DNA of 64,000 bases, from the NCBI GenBank assembly GCA_016748015.1, contig JAAOMT010000086.1, positions 1 to 64,000 on the forward strand, in the 5' to 3' direction. Under the pieces are notes generated by a model, which was given only the letters and a program-made list of their open reading frames with translations, did no database searches and had not been told where the DNA came from. This stretch comes from Geosiphon pyriformis uo1. Its lineage: Eukaryota > Fungi > Glomeromycota. The position numbers and the translations under genes are program-made. Positions 12,267 to 21,959 of this stretch are shown here, piece by piece (position 1 is the stretch's first letter; each line of letters opens with the position of its first letter).

Positions 12267-12900
12267 AGATTGAGCTCCATCAAAATTGAAATTAATTTCT
12301 TTATTAAATTCTAAGTTACTATAGTAGTTCAATACTGTGTTATTAATTTGTTGTTGTAATTCTTGAAATTGCAAGTTGGTAAGTCGTCCAATACTGTTGG
12401 TTGTTATTATATTCATAGTTGGGTCCAACAATAGTTTGTGACAGTTTTCAAATGCTTTAAAAATTCTGTAAACTGTTTTTAAATGGAATGTAGTGTTGGT
12501 TTTTCTAATGAAAGGTTCTAATAGTTGGATAGTTGTTTTGTCAAACACTCTAGTTGAGTCTTTTGAGTATAATATTTGTATGTTCAAATGCTTTTCTAAT
12601 TGATAATAACAGTAGTTAATTGGAAATTTCATTTTCAAGTTGCTAAATGTGTCTGGTGTTAATTTACTTATTTCTATTTCTTCTATTATTAATGTATTGT
12701 CCAATGCTATCTCTAATTTTTCAATAACTTTGCTGATAAATTTGTTGTTATGTTTGGTAATATTATATGGTTCAAAATTATGTTTTTTTCTTGTTTTTGG
12801 ATTTTCTATTGTTCTTTTTATGTATGTTATTTTGGAGTTATTAACTGTGATTTCCAGATTGGATTTTAATTGTTGTAATCTTTCGACTAATTGTTAAGTT
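12264..12900 (-). CDS. ORF3 of element A (unknown soluble protein between IN and PPT)
   Basis: Frame of track ORF 12264..12704 stays open upstream to about 12895; homologous to the same position in elements B, C and D. Confidence 0.7.
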
Positions 12901-12988
12901 ATATTGTTTTAATTTTGACTAGTATTTTGAAATCTTTTGCATGCATTTTTATGATTGTTAAATTATTTTTGCTGTGATCTAAGATTAA

Positions 12989-14368
12989 TTATCTTTTTGA
13001 ATAATGTTCAATTAAAACTATTAGTTCTAAATCTTGTGGAATTTGTTCTGGTAGAATTAAAGATAATTGTGTTCCAATTTTGAATGTCTTTATTATTATT
13101 ACTGATTTACTGTAATAGAATTTTAGCTGGTTACCATGTGCTGCTTTTCTTAATATTTTATCATTTAGTCTTAGCTTGTATGCTTTATTTCCAAGTATTT
13201 TGTGAATATAAAATAGTCTATCCCACTTGTGATCAAATTTTCCACTCCATTGTTTTTCCATTTTTGTACAATGCAACAATACTTTATCTCTAATTTTGTA
13301 GCTAATTATATTATCTGGTAACTGGTTATTATGTCTCACTTTTTGTTGTTCTTGTGATTGTTCAATATTTTGTGCTGCTTTTCTTCTTTTGTTTTCTAAA
13401 ATTTCTATTAATTTGTATGTTCTTCTAAGTAGTATTTCCTGGAATGTTGTTTCAGTGATAGTGTTACTTGGATAAATTGGAATAGTAAGTTCAACTGGTA
13501 ATATGGCTTTTCTTCTATAAACTAGTTCAAATGGTCTGAATTGTATAGTATCTTGTTTTACTGTTTTATATGCTAGTAGTACTGCTGGTATAAACAAATT
13601 CCATTCTTTTTTATGTTTATTACTAATTTTTGCCAGTGATTCACATAATTTGTGATTAAATCTTTCAACTAATCCATTTGTTTGTGGGTGGTATGGTGAT
13701 GACAGTGGTTGCTTGATTCCAAATTTTTGGCTAAGTTCTTTTAAGGTGCTATTTACGAAGTATGTGCCTTGATCTGATAGCAATTTTTGTAGACATCCAT
13801 GCTGGCAAATTAAGTCTTTATGTACGAATTGAGCTATGGAAATAGCATCAGCTGTTTTAATAGCTCTAACTTCTGGCCATTTGGTAAGATAGTCCAAAGC
13901 TATTGCAATATAATAGTTGTTTTTTGTTGTTATAAGTAAGGGTCCAACTAAATCAATTCCAATTCTGTCAAATGGCTGTCCAACTTTTATTGGTCTTAAT
14001 AATTCTGTTGTTTTTGCTCCTTCTTTTCATTGGTATGGGTCACAATTTTTTATGTATTAAATTATGTCTGAACTTATTTTTGGCCAATAGTAATGGCTAG
14101 TTGCATATTAAATGGTTGTTGTTTTTCTAAAGTGGCCTAAATAAATATCTGAGTGCATGTTAAATAAGATAGTTTCTTTTTTATCCATGGTTATAACTCT
14201 TAATGGATTATCTGGATTTTGTTGATTCTAGTAATAAAGTATGTGATTTTGAATGAAATCATGTTTTGCTAATTTTTGGAGCTTAATTAGCTTTTTTACT
14301 AGCATTTTTTTGTCTATTTGTAGTGTTTTCAAGCATTGGTTAAGGTTTTTGTAAAGATGGTTATTCAT
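12989..14368 (-). pseudogene. Stand-alone integrase ORF of element A
   Basis: ATG at 14368, in frame with ORF 12989..13897. Motifs: GHF, FDRIGIDLVGPL, DYLTKWPE, LLSDQGTYF, YHPQTNGLVERFN, GPY/F-like C-terminus. A few premature stops. Confidence 0.85.
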
Positions 14369-14397
14369 TGTTGTTATGGCAAGTGGGTTGGTAATTT

Positions 14398-17300
14398 CTA
14401 TGTGTGTTTTATTCTTGACAAATAGTCAGCATTAGCATTTTTGGTATCTTCTTTGTATTTGATAATATAATTGTATGGTACTAATATTTGTGACCATCTG
14501 GTGTATTTTTTTTTTAGCACTTTCTTGTTATTTAATCAAACCAGACCTTTATGATCTGTGATAATTTCAAAGGGTTGGTACTGTAAATATGTGTTAAAGT
14601 GAACACAACTCCAGACTACTGGTAAGCATTCAAGTTTGTGTGCTGCATAGTTTTGTTTTGTCATACTGAGACTTCTGCTGGTATAAACAATTACATGCTC
14701 TCTTCTATTATCATCTTTTTGTGACAAAATGGCTCCAAGTCCAGTTCCAAAGGCATCTGTGGCCAAAATAAATTTCTTATTAAAATTCGAATAGATTATT
14801 ATTAGTGATTCAATAAGCTTTTGTCTAAGGTACTCAAAAGCTTTTTGTTGTGCTTTAGTCTATTCAAATTTCACATTTTTGGATAGTAGGTAATTAAAGG
14901 GTTTGGCAATGTTTGAAAAGTTTTCTACAAAGCAGTGGTAGTAAGATGCAAGTCCTAAAAAGCTTCTAACTTCTGAAACGTTTTGAGATACTAGAAAATT
15001 TTTCACTTTGTTTATTTTTAATAAATCTGGTTTTATTCCATCTTTTCCAACTACGTGTCCTAAAAATGCTAGCTTATTATTCCCAAAGAAACATTTTTTT
15101 AAATTAAGTTTAAGTCCAGTATATTTTAATCTCTCAAAAACTTGTTGTAAATATTGGAGATGATCTGCGAATTTTGGTGAAAAAACATTTGTATTGTCCA
15201 AGTAGACAACAATGAATTGCCACAGAATTCTGGAGTAAATTACATCCATTAGTCTTTGGAATATTGCAGGAGCATTTGTCAATTCAAATGGCATTACATT
15301 GAACTTATAATTGCTATTTTGTGTTTTGAATGCTGTTTTATGCCTGTTTTTTGGGTCCATTTCTACTTGCCAGTACCCACTGGTCAAGTTCAGTATAGAA
15401 AACCATTTTGCTTCTCCAAAAATGTTGAAAATTTTGTTAATTAATAGTATTGGGTATGAGTCTTTAGTTGTTTTGCTGTTTAGTTTGCAATAGTCGATGT
15501 AAAATCTAATTTTTCCGTTCTTTTTCCTTACTAAAACAACTGGTAAGAACCATGGGCTTATTGATAGTTGAATTATTCTTTTTTTCAACATGCTTTGGAC
15601 TTTTTCTCTGATAAAATTATGCTCCATTGATGGGACACGGTAAGCCCATTGTTTTTCAGATCTGGTGTTTCCAGTGGGGATTTGATGTTGAATGAAGTTG
15701 GTTCTTCCAAATTTGCCATTTTATGAAAATATATCAGAGTATCTTAAAATTAATGCTTTTAATTGTCACTGTTGGTCAGAATCCATTGTTCTAATGTTTA
15801 ATTTGGCCAATTCTTCTGGCATAAATTGATAGCATTCTAATGATTGTTGCCAATTTATTGAAGTGAGTTCACAGTAGAGGGCAATTTCTGGGAAATTTAG
15901 AATTTTTTGTGGTATTGATGTGTTTTCCAGCTCTATTTCAAGGTATCCAATGATAGTATCTTCCAGAATATAGATGAGTTCTTCTGTGGTGTTTGCGATA
16001 GAAATTTTTATCTATTGAGCTTTATCAGCTGAAATAAAAAGGTTAGTAAGTCCTATGAAAAACTGTTGACAAGTTTTTGGGTAGGGCTCAAATATTAGGT
16101 TTTTTTTTTTAATTGTTCTTTTTATTCTTATTTCTGATTTTCCATATGGTAGGAGCATAATGAACTGTTCAGTTTTAATTACTTTGCCTTTTTTCTCTAT
16201 TTTTTCAGTGAAATTCACTTCAATTCCTTTTTTTGTCGATCCGAAACCAAAAGTTCCTCTCGTTGTTTGTAACAATTCCTCATGATTTTCCACTGGCATG
16301 AATTTCCCAATTTTTACCAATGGTAGGAAAATTGCTTGTGCAATCTTTTCCTTAGATTCAATGGTATAAGGCTTTTCTGAATTGTTCTGTAGCAAAACCA
16401 TCAAATTTCCAGTGTATTCAGAATCAATTACTTCTCCTTGAATGCTTATTCCTTTTTTTGCGAAACTTGATCACAACACTATTTGAACCATTATTCCTGG
16501 CAAAATTTTAACCACTATTTTTAGGTTGATTTTGGTAATGCTCCTGGATAGTAACGTTGTGGATTGGTCTTCCAGATAACATAGATCGAATCCGGCATCA
16601 GTTGGATGGGCTTTTTCAGGTATTATTCCTAAGTGACTATTGTTAAAGTATCAGATGTCAATCACCTGTTCTAGGTTGGTATAGGCTACAAATTTTTCTG
16701 ACTCGGAACTGTCAGGTGAGTCTTGTTGATTTATTGATTGATTTTGAGACTGCTGATTCTCAATTTCCAATTTTTTTCTAAGTTCTTTTCATTTTGACAC
16801 TCTTTACAGCACTGATTTTGGCATAGGATAAAACAGTTTTCGCAGAGGTAAGTGTTGATTTAGACAAGGTATTGTTCTTGTTCTTGTCGAGTGAGGCATA
16901 GTTGTTGGTAGTAGTCCTGAAATTCATTCACTGGGTCGAACATGTTGTAGCTGACAACTTTGTCAGCTACTTTGGCTGACTCTTTCCAACTTTGTATTTT
17001 TTTGGCAGTTTTTCCTCTTACTTTGGCTTGTGCGGTGTTATACAACTCATTCTTGTCGTGTGAATAGTGCTGTAATCTTTTTAATGCTCTGTTGAATGCT
17101 GCTTCAAATGGCATTTCTCCTCTTATCTAGTTACAGATAAGGATTGTGTATTGGCAAGTTATATCACACATTCTTCCTCTGCCTGATATGTCATTCCAGT
17201 TGCACCCTCTTGGTAATAGTTCTCTATAAGCGAGGCACGGTTCCTCATCCCATTTTCCATGTCTTTCTGGATAACCATATTTTTTTTTTTTACAATAGTT

Positions 17301-20090
17301 GCAATAGTAGTGGGTGAAGTTTCTTGGGTCTTTGTCTGGTGCACTGCACGCAGTCATAGATGAGAGTTTCTTCTTGCAAACTGAACATTCTAGCTTTGGT
17401 TTGCGTTGCTGGTGGTTTCTTCATAAACTTACCTGGTTCCATTTGGATCTTTGTTTGCTAGTCCATGTTAGTACAGCTAGTAGTCCTGTTCTTTGGTCAT
17501 CAATCCAAGAGAGCTGATAGGTTTTGATGACTGGTAGTACTGAATTTTTTTCAAATTCAAAGGTAGGTCTTTGGTTGGTGCTGGGTTTTTGGAAGTGGCT
17601 ACAGGTGGCCAGAATTCTGGCCTGGTGGCCATTATAATTGATCAAAAGCTCTTGAGTAGTCTAGTCTAGAATGGCATTGGCTTTTGTTAACCAGTCATTC
17701 CCTATTAATGCTTGATATTATATAGTGTTTATTACTAATACTTTTGTAGGTATTACTATGTCATTAACTTCAAAAGGAAATGAGTTGATTTCACCATGAG
17801 ACAGTTTTGTACTTCCATTGGCTGTTATAATTTGAGACATTACAGCACAATCAACTTTAAAACCCAGTTGGTTTACTAGTTGAAGCATTATGATGCTTCT
17901 AGTGGATCCACTATCTAAGATAAGTTTGATTGGAGTATTTTTTATAGTGGCTTCCGTATACATAGCAATAATTGGGCATTTTTTGTCCAATGCTGCTCCA
18001 CTAAACATAGCCTCATTTTCCTCTAATTCAAAAGAAAAAATAGCTACAAGACTGTTATCTTTGGTGGCAACTGCTGGTGGTATTGTTTGGCTCAATTTGT
18101 TAAAGGAATTTTCGGTTCTGTTTATGTTTCTACTGTTAGTGTTTTTGATGATCAGATTTTCCAGTATATTAAGGTAAGTTTGTTGATAATTTTGGTAGTT
18201 TGAATTGGTTTGCTAACTGGTTCCGGCGCGGTTTGAATTTCTCTGAACCAATGTATTCTGGTTCTATATAGGCTGATTTTGGGGCTCAGGATGCCAATTC
18301 AGGTTGGCTATCATGGGCTGTTGCTGGTAAGTTCCTTGATTTTGATATGTGGTGAGATATTGGTGTGATAGTGGCGTGTACTGGTTTCTAAACATTTGGG
18401 ATGACACATAATAATTATTTTTACGTGCTTTCTGCATTATTTGCATTCAATATTGACTAATCAAATGTCCTATGCATTTGCAAAAATGGCAGGCACGTGT
18501 TTCTGTTCTGAATTTTTGGCACGATGAGCAATTATTTCAACTGTTGCTGACTTTCTGGCTGCATCTTTGGGGTGGTTGGTATGTATTTCTTCTTGGATCC
18601 AGGATAAAGTAACTTTCTATTTTCTTAGAGAGTTCTTTCCATAATTGCATTACTCTTTTCTCTAACATTTTTGTCTTATTTTTCTTCATTACTATGTTAA
18701 CTATTTGACTATGATTAGCTTCTTTCTCAGCCAATTCAAAAGCTTTGGTGAGCATTATGGCTTCTGGTAAGAAATTAGGATGGGCAGAGCATACTCTTCC
18801 TAAAATGCTGCTTTTTAATTCTTTAATAAACTGATTTAAAACCTAAGGATCAGTGTAGTATTCTTGTTCAATCACTTTAATCTGATGGTGAATTTGATTG
18901 AATCGAGCAAGATATTGGGTGACAGTTTCACCAGTACCTTGCTTGATAGTATTGAATTCGTTTTGTAGTTGAATTATGGTGTTTGGGTCACTAAAATACT
19001 CCAGGAGTGCATTTTTAAATTCAGTGAAGCTTGTGGGTTTTGTTTCCAGACTTTGATACCATGAGTCGGCTGTGTCTTTCAAAAAGAAAGGTAATGTTTG
19101 AATTGCTCTTTGGTCATTTCAGTTATTTGCCTAAATGGCTTTTTTTGCTTCTCTGAGCCATGTGTACATGTCCATTTCTTCTTTTTCTCCTGAGAAATCT
19201 GTTAGTTTTGCAATATATAATGTGGCCATTTCGTCGCTATTTTCTACTAGTAGACTTATAAGTCTAAGAGGAGGTGGGATAATATTTCCTTGAGCATTCC
19301 TAAAAATGGCTTTTCTTATATTTGGTTTTTTCACTTGATCATGAGTTTCTTGGTTTCTGGACTGGCTGCTTGTTCCAGTGACTGGTCTCTTTTTTGGATT
19401 CCAATTCAGACTCCTCTTCACGGTTTTCAAATCCCATTCCAAATTTTGGCTGAAAAAAAGAGTTTTGGAATAGCAATGAATATTTTTCTGTAATTGGTAT
19501 GTTTCTCTAGTTATATTGTTTAATTTTATCAGTATAACTAAGAGTTCTTGGCATTTGTGAAGTTGATGTTGATGATAATGCAGCTCCTAATAGAATTTGT
19601 ATCTTATTTTCTGGTGAAAAATGGTATGATTTATTTTCTGGTGAATAAATACATTGTTTCTTTATTGATTGAGTAACAGTTTTCTTTGGTGTTTGAGCAG
19701 GTGTTCATAGTTTTTGCTGGTTACTTTCCTGATTAGTGTTTAAATTTTTTTTGGTTTTGTTGGTGCATTCCCTAGTGTTTCCTGTGAATATTGGAAAATT
19801 TTTGTTGGCGTATTGCTCAATTTTTCAATGGATTTTGATAATAGTTGTGACTATTACTTCTACTTCCTTTGTATTATGATAATTCTCTATACAATCCAAG
19901 TTTTGCATGTGTGGTTCTTCTTTCTTTTCTATATGATAATTTATTCTGGCGTTAATATAATAAGTGAGGGCAGATTCTACTGGACAACACTTTTCTGGTA
20001 ATTTAAGATCACTTTGATGTTGTGTGTAAATAGCATGGCAGAATTCAAGAACAGTAAGATTAGGAGTTTTTGTCGCCACTTTTGTCTTTT
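14398..20090 (-). pseudogene. Gag-PR-Cys-rich-dUTPase-RT-RNase H polyprotein of element A
   Basis: Capsid-like region 19240-18700, CCHC about 18500, LILDSGS about 17915, dUTPase 16660-16235, RT ORF 14860..15627, RNase H ORF 14536..14766 (ATDA..GLGAILSQ); ends NADYLSRIKHT* at 14398. Confidence 0.85.
16235..16660 (-). pseudogene. dUTPase domain in element A
   Basis: Motifs DAGFDL, SSFAKKG, VIDSEYTG, KIAQAIF and RGTFGFGST. Confidence 0.9.
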
Positions 20091-20142
20091 TTTTTTTAGC
20101 AATGAATTATTGCTAATTATTATTTTCTTTTTGATTTTCTTT

Positions 20143-20161
20143 CCTCATAGGGTTCACTAAA
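20143..20161 (-). promoter_or_regulatory. Putative primer-binding site of element A
   Basis: Minus strand ttTAGTGAACCCTATGAGG right after the 5' LTR (TGG mutated to TAG); tRNA identity not determined. Confidence 0.55.
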
Positions 20162-21035
20162 TGTTACAGAATAATTTTCTTGTTATATTTAATTGCTAAT
20201 ATCTCATTTTAATTGCAATTAGTCTCTTGTGAGTTCCTCAATTCTATTTGTGTGATAATGTTACTGTTATACTGAAGGCTTTCTCTTTAATGTTGTGATG
20301 TAAGTTATTTCTCAATTCCTAATTGTTGTGTGTGTTTATGTACTCCTTCTCAGAAGCTGAACTGAAATCTACCCACTGTTTGGGGTCTTCTCTGAAGCTA
20401 TCCTTGTAATTGCCTAATGTGTTTCTCTAATCTAGAAACACGAAATATTAATGGCCTTTATCACTTTTCTTAATTTTCACAATAAAGCTTTTATCAATTA
20501 GTAACAACATGAATAATCTTGATTAGAGATTATTCTTCCAAGAAATTCAACTGATGAATGATAGTTTTATTCAATAATTAACACAAGTGAGTTTTTTACT
20601 ACTTTGGGGTTGTGATAATTCAGTTTTAAATATTCTTTTTCAATTTTTTTTAATTTAAAAGTTTCTTGAGATATTTAATTTAAAGGTACAATTTAAAGTG
20701 GAGTTTGTTGGATAAATTGGATCTATTGCTTGATAAGTTATGATTTTTATTATTTGATTGTCTTTTCTCAATATTAAAACTATTATATATATACATGTTT
20801 GTAGTTTTATAAAAAAACACATTGTAATACTTTCTTTTTGATATTTCAACCTGGTGTTTGCTGCTATCACCAGTTGGTGTTGGCTGCTATTGTGAACTGG
20901 TGCTTGCCACTATCACGAGATAGTGTTTGCTACTATGTTAATCATTATCTTTCTAAGATTATTACTGCACTATATTATGATTGAATAGTTTATATTATTT
21001 TTATGATTCTTTTGCTAAATTCTTAAACCATAACA
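20162..21035 (-). repeat. 5' LTR of element A
   Basis: Colinear with 11377-12250, same length. Confidence 0.95.
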
Positions 21036-21039
21036 GTGT

Positions 21040-21820
21040 GATATATTTAGTATAATTTGATAAATTGTTTAGTGTGGTTTTTGACCTGTCTAATGGCAAA
21101 GCTGCTGGTCTCTCAGATGTTTCAAATAAGCTTTGGAAGTATTATGACAAGTTAATCTTAGATATGCTTTTGGTGCTTTTGAATTCTTGTTTATCTAATA
21201 AATCAGTGCTTGGGCCTTGAAAAGAGGCTTGGGTATTGATGATTCCCAAATCATATGAATGAGAAGGTGTTTTTACAAATACTTGTTCTATTGCTTTGAT
21301 TAAAACAGCTTGCAAGATTTTTTCCAAGATTTTTTTTGATAGAATTTCTTTGACATACAGCACTTTTGATGTTCTTTGTGGTGACAATTTTTTGGTTTTA
21401 AAAGGTATAACAATCCAATCTCCTATTTTTGCAATTGGGTCCATGGTTGAGAATGTTCTAGAAAAAAATTGAGAGTTATGACTAGTCTTACAGGATATGC
21501 AGAAAGCATATAACTTAATTGGATGAGAGCATCTCAAGAAGAACTTGGTCAGAATTAAAATGTATGGCAAATTTATTAGGTTTTTTGGTAGTATTTATAG
21601 GGATTATACCAATCAAGTTATGACTGATTTCAGACTTATTATTGGTTACCATGTACATGATAGTTTGGACCAAGAAAAGGTTTTTTTCTGTCTTCTGTGA
21701 CACATATTTTATGATCTCCTGTTTTGTAAAGTTAAGCATCAAGAAAATGTGTGTGGGTATAGACTGAATTCTTAGTTTATCACCTGAAATGGTCATGCTG
21801 AATTTAGAGCTGATCTCAAT
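21040..21820 (+). mobile_element. Continuation of the LINE interrupted by A (RT domain), 3'-truncated
   Basis: The frame resumes across the TSD: FSGV|...DLSNGKAAGLS, IALIKTACKI, LQDMQKAYN, QVMTDF..LDQEKVF. Confidence 0.85.
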
Positions 21821-21959
21821 TAAAATCTGCAAGGTTGAAGAACATAAATTGGTAATTTGGATTTGTCTTTTTAATAATTATTGTATTTTAGAATATAGAT
21901 ATAGGATATAATAAATATAATACAAAATAAAATTAAACACTATTTAACTATTTTTTTTT

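Larger units (their letters stand above)
11377..21035 (-). mobile_element. LTR retrotransposon A (Ty3/gypsy-like), structurally full-length, 4-bp TSD GTGT
   Basis: Two 874-bp LTRs with TGTTA..TAACA ends; gtgt at 11373-11376 and 21036-21039. Order: gag(CCHC)-PR(LILDSGS)-Cys-rich-dUTPase-RT(VYLDN)-RH, then IN, then ORF3. Confidence 0.95.

Noticed and set aside
21142-21832. Minus-strand ORFs of 142 and 105 aa
   Set aside because: Antisense to the LINE RT relic.
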